Below, in pieces: positions 29,237-40,207 of a DNA stretch of 64,000 nucleotides. Origin of the DNA: Candidatus Methanomethylophilaceae archaeon (lineage in GTDB: Archaea > Thermoplasmatota > Thermoplasmata > Methanomassiliicoccales > Methanomethylophilaceae); the NCBI GenBank assembly GCA_050950505.1, contig JBMNHS010000001.1, forward strand, positions 1,108,824 through 1,172,823, in the 5' to 3' direction. How positions within the stretch are numbered: the stretch's first letter is position 1; each line of letters opens with the position of its first letter. The notes under the pieces were generated by a model. That model saw only the letters and a program-made list of their open reading frames with translations, searched no databases and was not told the DNA's origin. A program made the translations under genes and the position numbers.

Positions 29237-32080
29237 TTACGCCGTCAGATATTCGTAAATATCACTTCTCACCGGGCGTTCCAACTTTAAGTTGAACCTG
29301 ACGACATTGTATTCTTTGCCCGACTCATCAACATCCGTATCATCGACAGCGCTGGTGACATCAGCCTTTCCCAAATAGTAGAAATCGACATTGTCGTCAG
29401 AATCACTTCGCTTCACGAAGAGATAGTTCGATATTCCCAACTCCTTACTGTTGATAATTTTTTGAATTTCAGGACTCTCTATCGTCCTGGAATGTTTGGA
29501 CATCCACTGCATAGTGGAAGAATCAATGAACTTGTCATCATATTCCACAACAGAAGTGATGTTTTCATCTTTGTTGTAAGTTATGAAGATAGGCATCGAT
29601 TTTTCATTCATGACGTACCCTCCAATGTTTAAAGATGGCATATACTGTTTCCAATTCAACAATCGCATAACTTCCATTCTTTTGTATCGGCCATACATCT
29701 TGAATCCGTCATCTACCCTGTCTTTGTATTCATCAGAATAAATTTTCAAACCGCACTTAACGGCATCTTCAACATAATATCTGAATTCATGACTTTCAAG
29801 GATCTTGTCGAAGTACTCTGATCTGACTATGACTTCATTGACAACGTTGATGAATTCTTCACTTTTATTCCTGTAAGAGGAATCTAGAACGGAAATTGCA
29901 GAATCCAGCGAATCCGTATCGGTTACGTCGATTAGGAATTCTTCTTCAAGAATATCTTTCACCCGTCTTTTCTCAACAGATGTATGTTTGAGCAATTCTC
30001 TCAATATAACCAATTCCTGTGCCCTCAATCCTGTGGAGAATGTATTGGTTATTGTTTTTAATGCTTTAGATTCAGATTCCCCTAGCTTCTCAACACCGGA
30101 ACCCCTTAACGAAGCCTGAATGTCGTTAAGACTTCCGAATGCGGTTATCACAGCCCGAGGGTCCAATTCTTTACCGTCATATAATTCTGATAAGGAAATC
30201 AGTCGACCATACATATCGACAAGTTTGCTGTAACTTTCTTTGACATAGGCCTTTTTGCTAAGATTCGAACTCGATATAGATTCGAATATCTTCTCCTTGG
30301 CAATTTCATCAAAACTTACTGTAGACGTGCCGGGAATCAAGGCATTGCCTTTGAACATGAATTGTCTGAGATTGTCCTTTATGCAACTCTTGTCGCCCGA
30401 CAGCGCGACGGCTATCAGAAAATTGCTTTTGTAATTTCCTATGAAGTCCAGAACCACCAGGAAATCTTTCAGATCATCTCTTCTCCTGAGCCCTCTACCG
30501 AGTTGTTGTACGAATATGATTGCAGATTCAGTAGGCCTTAACAAAATCACTTGGTTTACGCTCGGAATGTCAATCCCTTCGTTGAAGATATCTCGCGTAA
30601 TGATGTAATCGAGCCCACCTTCATAATCACCTTCCAATCTGTTTATGGCATCCTCGCGTTCCTCATTGGAAGATCTGCCTGTCAGTGCAATGGTTCTCAA
30701 TCCTCTTTCGTTGAGTTTAACCGATAATTCCTCACATTCGTCCACATTGCTGCAGAAAATTAACCCTCTCAGCCTCGATCCTGAATATCCATAGTATTTC
30801 GCTTCATTGAGAATATGATCTGTCCTTTCGTCCGACGTCAACAAATTAAAATCGGCATCTTCACCCAGCAATTCTCCGTTTACCGTGATATCCCGTATTC
30901 CAAAATAATGAAACGGACTCACCATACCGAAATTCATTGCGTCTTTCAAACGAATTTCCTATGCGATGTTATAGTCGAATGTGCTGAATATTTCTTTGGC
31001 ATCGGTCCGTTCAGGGGTTGCGGTCATCCCCAACAAAAACTTAGGTTTGAAATAATCGATGATTTTCTTATAATGGGATGCGGCGGAACGATGTGCTTCG
31101 TCACATACGATATAATCAAAGTAAAACGGATCAAAACGCGATAGATTATGATCCAACGACATTGACTGAGTTGTGGAAAATAAATAATCCGAATCAAAAT
31201 CTTTACGTTCGCCCGTAAGTTTACCTGCTTTTATATCCTTGCCAAGTACTTTTTTGTAAGAATCAATGGCATCATTCAGAATCTTGTCCCGGTGAACCAA
31301 AAACAACAAACGTTTGGGGTTGAAATTTTTGACATCAAAGGCTGAAAGATAAGTTTTTCCGGTACCGGTGGCAGAAACAATCAACGCCCGATCCTTTCCT
31401 GAATCTCTGATGCTTTGCAGGTTCCTCAAAGCATCCATTTGCATCAGATTGGGTTTTGGTGCCTTGTCGGATTCCAATTCTATTTTTTCTTCTTCGTGAT
31501 GTCTCTTTGATTTTTTAAACCGCGGGATATAATCGATGATCCACTCTTCGGTTAGATATTCTGCATTCTCCCACATGGATTCAAATTCGTTTTGAATTTC
31601 GGTGAGGAGCGATACTTCATTGGAAGACACGAGCAGATTCCATTCTTTGTTCTGACACAATGCTCCCGCGGTGAGATTGGAACTTCCGACAAGAGCCGTC
31701 GTTTTACCGTCTTTGGTAAACATATACGCCTTGGTGTGGAAATTTTCCTTTGTATATATCCTGACGTCAATGTCATCGAACTCCAAAAGTTTTTCAAGTG
31801 CTTCCGGATCATTGAAATTAAGATAATCTGTAGTTAAAATTCGACCTCTTTTGTTTCCTGTGTTGAAACGGCGAAGTTCTTGCAGTAAAGCGGTCACTCC
31901 GCTCATTGAAATGAATGCTACGGAAAAATCAAAACTGTCACAGGTTTCAAGATTTTTTGATACGGTCGTTATGACTTTCTGCTCGTTCTCAGGGCTGTTG
32001 TATATGAAATTCAGATCTTCGGTGCATTCCATATACCGGTTGACGAGATTCGATACTGATTTTGAAGATTCGCCCTGCAT
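29237..32080 (-). CDS. PLD-like nuclease + SF2 helicase + DUF3427 protein with one in-frame TAG (codon 374, 30959-30961); Pyl read-through or nonsense mutation
   Basis: FHTKAY...GSSNLT, ATGTGKT, DEAH, MTATPER, NEGIDIP, QQLGRGLR, and a C-terminal F.W.S...FY.LG. The two track ORFs share a frame: ...FDYNIA-TAG-EIRLKDAM... Confidence 0.85.
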
Positions 32081-32214
32081 TGCTTTAAGAGCTACCGGAT
32101 TTTATATCAACTTGCCGGAGCCAGATCTAAAGCATTTCGATGCATTAATCGGTACTCTTTAATAAATCTCAACAATTCTTATGTTAATGTGTTTAAACAA
32201 CGGAGCCGGATTAA

Positions 32215-32732
32215 TTGATTAAAAATGAAACATATTCCGTATTGTACAACGGATACAGTCTTCCAAACAAACTTTCCGAGATTGAACATCTGTTAAAAAA
32301 CGGAATAAAGTATTCTGGTTCGGATCCTCAACAGACACAAAATATCTTTCTGATAAATTTAAAATTTTCTTCAAATACCGTTTGCTTCAATCCTATGAAA
32401 CAAAGATTCGGAACCAATTTACAATAATTGATGGAAATTTTCAACAGAGCCGTAGCCTCTTCGATGAATTGTCAAAATCCAATCCTGATTTCAACTCCGG
32501 ACAATACAGAGTTGAACACGGCCCCAACAAGAACATCGTTGTCAAACCAAGCGCAGGAACAGGAAAGACCACTGTGATGATTGACAGAATCATGTACCTT
32601 CTCCACGCGAAAGATGCGAATCTTTCTGAAATTGCCATGATCACATTCACCAATAATGCAACCAATCAGATGAGTCGTCGTGTTCAAAACCAAAAACGAT
32701 TGTTGATGAAGAACCTGAACAAAAAATTGTAA
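32215..32732 (+). pseudogene. UvrD/Rep-like SF1 helicase, N-terminal fragment
   Basis: FNSGQY, SAGTGKTTVMIDRI, ITFTNNATNQM, then premature termination. A frameshift separates the two pieces. Confidence 0.7.
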
Positions 32733-32998
32733 CGAGAGGGTCTCAAACTCATGAATATGATAGAAACATCTCCAGGAGCAAATTGATTTCCATGTTGAAG
32801 TCAGTAAATATTTATCATATTGATCTGGGGCCCAAAGCTCCCGTCTGGATTATAGACGGTCCCGGTGTAGCTGACTACATAGAAGACTTTGAAGAGCGGG
32901 GATATTCTTTCAAATATTCACCCAATGGTTCTAAAAGCACGCGCGGCAAAGCCGCTTATTTCACATAGCTGAAAGACTGATATCGAAGGTGAATTGAC

Positions 32999-33190
32999 AT
33001 GAGATACGCCATCGTAACCCCTCAAGGGTCAACATACGCACCGGACGGCAGTTGCATCGAGAACGTACAGGTTTTGGCCTTCATAGAGGCATCCGATTCA
33101 AATGAAGCCCTGTCTGTGTTCGAAAAAGAATTTCTGCCTGATTTACAGGAAAAGGGTTTCAACGAATACTCCTGCTTCCCGAAGGAATAA
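32999..33190 (+). CDS. Small hypothetical protein
   Basis: AGGTGA RBS, 63 aa, G.T.APDG...ENVQVLAF motif. Confidence 0.5.
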   Translation: MRYAIVTPQGSTYAPDGSCIENVQVLAFIEASDSNEALSVFEKEFLPDLQEKGFNEYSCFPKE

Positions 33191-33210
33191 CAAGAGTATT
33201 CGTAATAAAA

Positions 33211-33744
33211 TCAGAAATAACTTCTGCTGTACGAATTGAAACACTCAAGACAGACCTTTTTTCCTTCCTGAATACGAATTAAATCTTCGCGTGCCGATTC
33301 TTTGCATAATTCGCACTCGACGCTGTTGAAAATCTTGGCTTCCTTGGGGAGATCGAAAGGGGGCTCCTTTATTTCGCATATCTTGTCTTTGGGCGCATTG
33401 AGGATGTAATTCATCGCTTCATCACGTTCCATCTCCCTGTGGGCTCCTTTCATAACAATACGGACCTTTTTGCCTGAATTTCTGTCAAAGAAAGAGTAAG
33501 CCTGTTTTCCTCTTATTTTGAAAAGCAGATTTCCTTTGCCCGCGGTGCATGAGAACAACACCTGCACGGCGTCGACACTGCAGGCATCGTTTTCGGCAAC
33601 ACACACGATTTCTTCGTCTGAAGCTTTTTCTAAGGGAATACCCAGTTCCTCAGCGCCGATCTCGGCGGCTCTGAAACCCAAAGCCAATCCGGGACAGGAA
33701 TGTCCGTGAAATTCAATGCATTCATTCCAAAGTTTATCATTCAT
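33211..33744 (-). CDS. fmdE: FmdE-family protein with a C-terminal Zn finger
   Basis: FHGHSCPGLALG, CSVDAVQ...CTAGKGNL, CELCKE...CLEC. Confidence 0.88.
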   Translation of the reverse strand: MNDKLWNECIEFHGHSCPGLALGFRAAEIGAEELGIPLEKASDEEIVCVAENDACSVDAVQVLFSCTAGKGNLLFKIRGKQAYSFFDRNSGKKVRIVMKGAHREMERDEAMNYILNAPKDKICEIKEPPFDLPKEAKIFNSVECELCKESAREDLIRIQEGKKVCLECFNSYSRSYF

Positions 33745-33882
33745 GACAGAGGAAATTACGTGATACTATTCAATGATTTGTATCTTATTCGTGTTACCGA
33801 TTTATATTTAAATAATATTTTACTACGTCGGATTCACATACATTTTTTAATCCGGTGTCGGAAATCAAGCAATAATCAAAAA

Positions 33883-34698
33883 TCAGTCACTTCTTCCATC
33901 CGATTCATCGATTTCCCCGGAAAACAAGTTCTTTGTCGACTCCGTTTCACCGGTGGGGTCCTGAGATTGCAGTATATTGCCGACAATATCTTTCAGATCG
34001 TTCAGCTCTTTCCGGATGTCATCGAGAACTTCCACGGTCGGATCTTTGCTTCTGAAGTACTTGTTTCCCATCAGATGATTGGCTTCCAAAACCATGTAGC
34101 TGTTGTAAACGTGTCCCGATGAATCTTTGTAAGTGATGTTTACTTCATATTCTATCTCGGATTCCCGTTCTCCCATTCCGGCAACGGTTCCGAACAACGT
34201 TCGTCTACTGTCATTGGGTGGCAAAAATTGAATCGGATATTTTATTATGGATAGGTTATTAAAATTTGAAAATATGGCGCCGCTTTCCAAAAGTTCTTCT
34301 TCCCCCTCCAGAGGCAAAACGCTGATGTTTATATCGTGCGCCGGTGCGTTTCCGCTGTTTTGAACCACGACATAAACCAAATGTTCTTTTTCCTCGTATA
34401 AGGTGAAATTCACATGCACGTACGGTATTCGGTCGCGTTTCAGCTCTATTGTACTTATGTAACTGAAAACCATCCCCACCGCACCGAAACACGCTAAGGC
34501 AACGGTTCCTGCAGCCGTCCAATCCCTTGAGTGCCAGTATATCGCAGTTATTATTGTCAGCGATATTAGGACTGACGTGACGATGGCAAATCCCATCCTG
34601 TTCCGTTCAAACCACTTGTTGCGTTCCGACAATTGAATCAACACCCGATTATGTTCAATGATGACTGATTGATATTGCATTAACGTATAGATATACAA
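33883..34698 (-). CDS. Hypothetical membrane protein (two TM helices plus an Ig-like domain); true start probably further downstream
   Basis: Two hydrophobic segments followed by PYV.V, N.GN.PA.DI and ITYKD..G. Confidence 0.6.
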   Translation of the reverse strand: MYIYTLMQYQSVIIEHNRVLIQLSERNKWFERNRMGFAIVTSVLISLTIITAIYWHSRDWTAAGTVALACFGAVGMVFSYISTIELKRDRIPYVHVNFTLYEEKEHLVYVVVQNSGNAPAHDINISVLPLEGEEELLESGAIFSNFNNLSIIKYPIQFLPPNDSRRTLFGTVAGMGERESEIEYEVNITYKDSSGHVYNSYMVLEANHLMGNKYFRSKDPTVEVLDDIRKELNDLKDIVGNILQSQDPTGETESTKNLFSGEIDESDGRSD

Positions 34699-34760
34699 TA
34701 TCGGTCACAGGTTGCCATATAAATCTTTAAACGGATGTTTTTATCAAAACTCGTTAGAAA

Positions 34761-35369
34761 TCACATCTTTACCAAAATTTCTTTAAACTGTTCGGTGGGC
34801 ACTTCGGGATAATCGATGGTTTCGACACTCTCACGATTCCAATATCTTCCGGCAACCGGATGTTCATCCGTCACTTCCATGTGATAGAACGTCTTACCGT
34901 CATATTCATAAGATCTTCCGTGCCCTCCGTCAAAACACACCGCCGGAAACATATGGCCGTAAATGGTCACATTGACCACGTCCAATCCGAGATTATGGGC
35001 CAAAGAAACATACAGATTCGCCATGCAATCACAATCCCCGACGCCCAGATCGGCAACGGTTATCGGCACCCCCCAAACATCTTCTTCGCCGTAAATATCC
35101 TCATCGTGCTTGTATTTGATGTTCTGCTGAATCATCGCCAATACCACTGCGGCCTTTATTCTGTCGTCCCTTCCTTCCAACTGTGACGCCAGCTGCTCCG
35201 CGGCCTCAATTACAGCGGGATCGTCTATGGTGGAATAGTAAGGGAGGAAATCCAGAATTCTTAATGTGGGCACCATTCCGGCGTAGGGGCTCTTTGACTT
35301 GTCAAAGGTCATCTCGTACGTCCTTGCGCCGTAAATGCACTTGAACTTTATCAAATTCTTATTCAGCAT
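34761..35369 (-). CDS. Transglutaminase-like (papain-fold) protein
   Basis: Q.I.Y..D...W..P......GDCDC.A.L, GHM, YHMEVT. The ATG overlaps the helicase stop. Confidence 0.72.
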   Translation of the reverse strand: MLNKNLIKFKCIYGARTYEMTFDKSKSPYAGMVPTLRILDFLPYYSTIDDPAVIEAAEQLASQLEGRDDRIKAAVVLAMIQQNIKYKHDEDIYGEEDVWGVPITVADLGVGDCDCMANLYVSLAHNLGLDVVNVTIYGHMFPAVCFDGGHGRSYEYDGKTFYHMEVTDEHPVAGRYWNRESVETIDYPEVPTEQFKEILVKM

Positions 35370-37497
35370 AGGTAGCAAGCCTGCCTATCAGTTCGCCTTC
35401 CTTCGCGGACCAGAACTTTTTGTCGCAGACGACGATGAGGTTCTTCTTTGCCCGGGACACTGCCGTGTTTATCACTTTCCGTCCGATGGAAGACTCGTCC
35501 ATGGTGCTTGTGAATCTCAGCTGAACTTCCCTTTCGACGGTACCGCTGTCGGCGACGCTGAGAATCACGGTATCCCACTCCCTTCCCTGGGACCCGTGGA
35601 CCGTGAGCACGTTTTCTTTAACTTCCGGTAAGGAATTTTTCAAAAGGTTGACTTGGGCGGTGTACGGAGTCAATATGATGTATTCGCCGTCCTCCATAGG
35701 ATTGTCGATGAGGAATTCTCCGATAACCTTCACTTCTTCGTAATTCGCCCGGGTTTCTCTTTTGCCCGCAACGGCATCCAAACATTCAATGGCCAAAGGA
35801 TATTGGGAAACCCCGGTTATCCCGTTCATGTAAATACAATCGTTCAGTATTTCGGCAAAGTTGTTTCCGAATCTGTGGGACACCGTGAGATCGGCCCTCC
35901 GGGTCAGTTCAAACACCGGGTCCAAATCTTCCAGATATGCGTTCTGCAACCATTCTATTCCTTTTGTGAAAAAAGATTCCGCGAACAATGCGGGAATATC
36001 CCACATGAATCCGTATCTCATGGAGTTGTCATTTTTTATGCCGTCTTCAAGACTGGAACGTTCAACGGCGCACACCGGAGGGAGTTGCAAATGGTCCCCC
36101 AGCATCGTGATGGGGACGTTTTCGGCAAACAGAGGAAGGATGTTGATGAGGTTGCAGTATCCGACTTCATCGACGAAGATATGATCGGCGTTCAACAGCA
36201 TCTTATCTCCGATTTCCGGTATCGGGGCGAATCTTCCCATGAACACCTGCGGCGTCATGGCAAGAACTTTGGCATCCTCCGCTTTCTTGGACGAACTGAA
36301 CCTTTCGAGCTCCTCCACTTCCTTCCTCAGAGGTTCCATCAGCTCATCGAGTTCTTCGTTGGTCATATTTTTGTACATTTCGATGTCCAAAGCGGCACGG
36401 GGTCTGTTGTACAGCGTATCGGCGATGATTTTTGCTTTTGTTTTCACATTGTATTCGTCAAAATCATCCGTCAGGTTTTTGTAGGATTCACTTTCCGACA
36501 AAACGGCTTTTATTTCCCGGATGTACGTCCGGACCTGTTTCATTACCCTCTTTTTGCCCGAATAATCGGCATCGGCGTATTCTTCGCCCATCAACACTTC
36601 GATTTCATCGAAGTGGGCTTTGAGAACATCGCATTTTCTCTCGAAGATGACTTCTTCGAGCATTCTCATGGCATTTATCTTCGAATGGAGTTTCCCCTGA
36701 ATCTCTTTGTTTTCGCAAACGTCGGGATAATCCTTTATGAATTCCGACGTGGCCATCCCCAATCTGAGAATGTCCTTCTTCACGTTTATGAAAATACCGT
36801 GGGGATCCTCTATTTCTATTATCTTCAGCAAACCTCTGAGAACCTGCTCCACCGCGTTGTTTGTTGGGGCGAATATTGCCACACGTTTCCCTTTTCTGAT
36901 AAGCTCCATCATCGCGGTTGCAAGAACAAATTGTGTCTTCCCCGTTCCGGGAGCACCCCATATGTAGGATAAATCGGACGAAAGGATTGTTTTGACGGCT
37001 TCCTTCTGTTCTTCCGAAGGCTCCATGCCTTCGGGGAATTTGATGGATTCAATGTCAATTTCCTTTTTGTCGGTTGATTCGGGAAGTTCGATTAGGTCTC
37101 CAAAATTTTTATAGTAATCTTTGGTCCGGTCAATCAGCCACTTCAGATCGACTATGAGATGTATTTCGTTCCCGGTTCTGCTCAGGGCTTCTTTGTTGAG
37201 AAGAGGCATGACATTTTCGCTCGGGAACAGAACAACGGTTGAAGACAGTTCATCGAATCTGTCAAAAGTTACGTCCGGTTCGTAAAATAACTTGTTTCCT
37301 ATGGTCAGTCCGAGACTGGAGGTATCGCGGACCTTCTTTCCCAGAGTCAGTATAACGTGTTCGCCGCAGATGTCGAAATCCTCGACCTTTGTCATTACCC
37401 TTCCCATGGATTCGTCCGAAAACTGATGAGCTTCGATGTAATCGAAATTCGATTCGCAGGATTCCACGCATATTTCCTTCAGTGATTTGTTCCCCAT
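35359..37497 (-). CDS. SF1 helicase (DNA2/NAM7/Upf1-like, AAA_11/AAA_12)
   Basis: EQKEAV, GAPGTGKT, APTNNAVE, VDEVG, GDHLQLPP, TVHGSQGREWD, NTAVSRAK. Confidence 0.88.
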   Translation of the reverse strand: MGNKSLKEICVESCESNFDYIEAHQFSDESMGRVMTKVEDFDICGEHVILTLGKKVRDTSSLGLTIGNKLFYEPDVTFDRFDELSSTVVLFPSENVMPLLNKEALSRTGNEIHLIVDLKWLIDRTKDYYKNFGDLIELPESTDKKEIDIESIKFPEGMEPSEEQKEAVKTILSSDLSYIWGAPGTGKTQFVLATAMMELIRKGKRVAIFAPTNNAVEQVLRGLLKIIEIEDPHGIFINVKKDILRLGMATSEFIKDYPDVCENKEIQGKLHSKINAMRMLEEVIFERKCDVLKAHFDEIEVLMGEEYADADYSGKKRVMKQVRTYIREIKAVLSESESYKNLTDDFDEYNVKTKAKIIADTLYNRPRAALDIEMYKNMTNEELDELMEPLRKEVEELERFSSSKKAEDAKVLAMTPQVFMGRFAPIPEIGDKMLLNADHIFVDEVGYCNLINILPLFAENVPITMLGDHLQLPPVCAVERSSLEDGIKNDNSMRYGFMWDIPALFAESFFTKGIEWLQNAYLEDLDPVFELTRRADLTVSHRFGNNFAEILNDCIYMNGITGVSQYPLAIECLDAVAGKRETRANYEEVKVIGEFLIDNPMEDGEYIILTPYTAQVNLLKNSLPEVKENVLTVHGSQGREWDTVILSVADSGTVEREVQLRFTSTMDESSIGRKVINTAVSRAKKNLIVVCDKKFWSAKEGELIGRLATYAE

Positions 37498-37546
37498 TTT
37501 TGCTTCCCCGTTTTTTGAATGATATTCTGATTTTCCCCCGTCAGAA

Positions 37547-40207
37547 TCAAACGTACCATTTCAGATGCTGCAGCGTTGCGTCATCGGGATACAGAGTTTC
37601 CAATCTGTTCAGAACCGTTTTTGCGAAATCTTTTCTGACATTCACATACTTGTTGAACAAGCGGATTAAACTGTGTTTGCATTCCGTATCTGTCTGTATC
37701 TTTAATATCTGAGCCTCGACTTCACCGTAAAGCTTCCTGGCCATCACGTCAGGCATTCTTTCCCCGTAAGCATTTTTTAAGAATAAATCCTCAAGATTCT
37801 CCCCTCTGTAATCGTCCGAGTACCGTTCATCGGCAATCATGGACTCGAAATATTTGGGATTTAATTCTCCTTCATAGGTTCCGTAATGATATCCTATACT
37901 TTCGGGCAGAACATTCCGTCTTATAGCGGAAGAATCGATTTCAACATCAATCTCTTTCGGAACGAGAAGGATTTTTCTGACGTCCTCCATTCCGAAATCA
38001 TCAACGGTTATCTGGTTAACGGTTATTTCTTCAAACCCTTCTTCGTCAAATTCTGCCACGCCGTCTTCGAAGGAAACGGTTGCGGAGTCCCCGTTTTCAT
38101 AATCGATTACGAGCCTGTACGAAACATTGCCGGCAACATTGTTAACGACTCTGACCTGTCCGTCGGCGATGATATAACCTGCGTTTACCGAAATGGGAAA
38201 TATCATTTTGCTCATTCCTTGGCCGACTCCCCAGTTATAATATACTAAAAATCGGGGACTGTTCACATAGGGTGCAATCTTTGTAATTTCAGTCAGATTG
38301 AAGGTATTGACACCGTTTTCAAAAACTCCTTTCAAAGGGGAAGCTTCCGACACAGATATGGACAGATATCCTCCGTCTTTGTCCGGAGTTTTCACGTGAA
38401 GCAGATCCGATTTCAGATCTTTGTAGTAATATTTCTTGGAATTGAAGATGAGCCAATCCTTTCGGTTGAAACTGTATCTGAACGAGGGTATGTCGACGGT
38501 TATGTCATATACTCTTCCTCGGCTGGATTCAAAGGGAAATGTGACCTTATCATCCCTCGCAGAATTGAATTCAATCGAATCGTTGACATTCCAGTTAATT
38601 ACCAGGCGACCGTTTTCTCCGAAGTAAACTTCCTTGTCAAATGTGCAAGTAAACCCGGGAATGTAGAGATATTTCAGCGACTTGTAACTTCGGTTAAATT
38701 TGAATTTGTACACTCCTTCCCCATAACCTCTCAAAATAGTTTCCAGGTCTAATTCCACATGAACTTTGTCGCAGAAAGACACTTTGTATCCTGGCGGCAG
38801 GGATTCGCGGCATTTTTTAAAATCGAGCTCCCTTATCTTTGATTCGTCCTTCCATACGGTAAGGCGCAGAAGATCCAATCGATCCTCTTCTGATTCCAAA
38901 CTTATCGAAGGATGACTGGGATAGAGACTCCATTCATCCCCGTTGGAATCCGTACAGAGTAGATTCAATTCATTGTCCGATATATCGAAGAAGTCTCCGA
39001 AAGGTTTGTGGATTAGGTATTCAATGCCGTTGATTTTGACGGAATCCCCGCGTTCAAGATAGAGCATGTTGACAATCAGATTATCATTCTCATGTAGCAC
39101 GGAAGTCTCCGTATCGATTGTCACTTCAGGTTTCCTTGCAACGTAATTAACTCCTCTGGACAGATTTCTTGACGATTTTCCATCATAGGAGAATATCAAA
39201 TAATCCACGTTTGAGGATTCGAATTTCCTGTTTCCTGCAGTGATTGTGAAATTATCAAAGGGGTTTAGTCCGTATTCGCGGAGGTTGACCCATCTGTGTT
39301 CGGTGAGGGTATACCCTTGGAACGTTCTTTCCCTGAGGCGTATCTTTTCAAAAACCTTTCCCTTCCCATCCTTTATATATGCGTAAGGTTCACCCTGTCC
39401 GTGGAACAGAATTTCAGGAATGAATATCCTGAAAATCATGGTTTTTATGTCGAAGTGCATACGGATTTCGCCTCCGATCTTTCCTTTACTGAGATTTCCC
39501 GCAAGCTTCTCCGCAATCCACTTCTTGAAAGAACTCTCATGGATTCCCAATGATGTGCCCTCGTCTTCAGGGGAGTTGATTCTGATAAGAATCTTCTTTG
39601 CCACCGGACCGAAAATTTTGAAATCGGAAAAGGCGAGTTTCATGGGAACTATCAAAGCTGTGTCGAAAATGCTCCCTTTGTCCTCATTGTTCTCAACTGA
39701 TGTTTCATCGGCGAGATTGTTCAGCGCCTCATCCATTCCGTCAAGACTTCCGTTCAGAACAGAATCGTATAACATATACATGAAATCAAACAGTTTCGAA
39801 CTGTATTCGTCAGGAATGAAGGCGTGCATCAGAATCATGTTCACATAGGTTCTTCCGCCTCTTTCAACCCAGGCCAAACCGTGATCTTCGATTGTTGATT
39901 TGAACAGGTCTGACAGTTTGGACTGTTTGGAAGTTGTGCGTTTTTCTATGTCGGAAAGTCTCCAGAAGTTGTCCCAGTACATTCCGTCGTTGTACTCGCG
40001 CTGACCGACATCCATCATGTAGTAACAGGACGAGAGGTTGTATTCCGCAACTCCTTCGAGAGCCTTTTCCAATATCGTCGCTGAATTGTCTCGTATGAAC
40101 TGACGTTCGGATGGTTCCAAGTTCAGTTCCGAAAGCAGCATTATGTCGTTTTCAATGATTTGGGATTTCATTTTTTCGTTTATTTTCCTTATTGTTGAAG
40201 GAATCAT
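37547..40207 (-). CDS. Large (~886 aa) hypothetical partner of the DUF1998 helicase (DruH-like by context)
   Basis: ATG 40207 overlaps the helicase TGA (ATGA) with a GGAGGTGA RBS. Helical N-terminus with YVNMILMHAFIP, then a beta-rich body. Confidence 0.6.
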   Translation of the reverse strand: MIPSTIRKINEKMKSQIIENDIMLLSELNLEPSERQFIRDNSATILEKALEGVAEYNLSSCYYMMDVGQREYNDGMYWDNFWRLSDIEKRTTSKQSKLSDLFKSTIEDHGLAWVERGGRTYVNMILMHAFIPDEYSSKLFDFMYMLYDSVLNGSLDGMDEALNNLADETSVENNEDKGSIFDTALIVPMKLAFSDFKIFGPVAKKILIRINSPEDEGTSLGIHESSFKKWIAEKLAGNLSKGKIGGEIRMHFDIKTMIFRIFIPEILFHGQGEPYAYIKDGKGKVFEKIRLRERTFQGYTLTEHRWVNLREYGLNPFDNFTITAGNRKFESSNVDYLIFSYDGKSSRNLSRGVNYVARKPEVTIDTETSVLHENDNLIVNMLYLERGDSVKINGIEYLIHKPFGDFFDISDNELNLLCTDSNGDEWSLYPSHPSISLESEEDRLDLLRLTVWKDESKIRELDFKKCRESLPPGYKVSFCDKVHVELDLETILRGYGEGVYKFKFNRSYKSLKYLYIPGFTCTFDKEVYFGENGRLVINWNVNDSIEFNSARDDKVTFPFESSRGRVYDITVDIPSFRYSFNRKDWLIFNSKKYYYKDLKSDLLHVKTPDKDGGYLSISVSEASPLKGVFENGVNTFNLTEITKIAPYVNSPRFLVYYNWGVGQGMSKMIFPISVNAGYIIADGQVRVVNNVAGNVSYRLVIDYENGDSATVSFEDGVAEFDEEGFEEITVNQITVDDFGMEDVRKILLVPKEIDVEIDSSAIRRNVLPESIGYHYGTYEGELNPKYFESMIADERYSDDYRGENLEDLFLKNAYGERMPDVMARKLYGEVEAQILKIQTDTECKHSLIRLFNKYVNVRKDFAKTVLNRLETLYPDDATLQHLKWYV

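Noticed and set aside
32783-32968. 61-aa ORF ending in TAG
   Set aside because: No motif supports it, and read-through would only add a few residues before TGA. Too weak to call.
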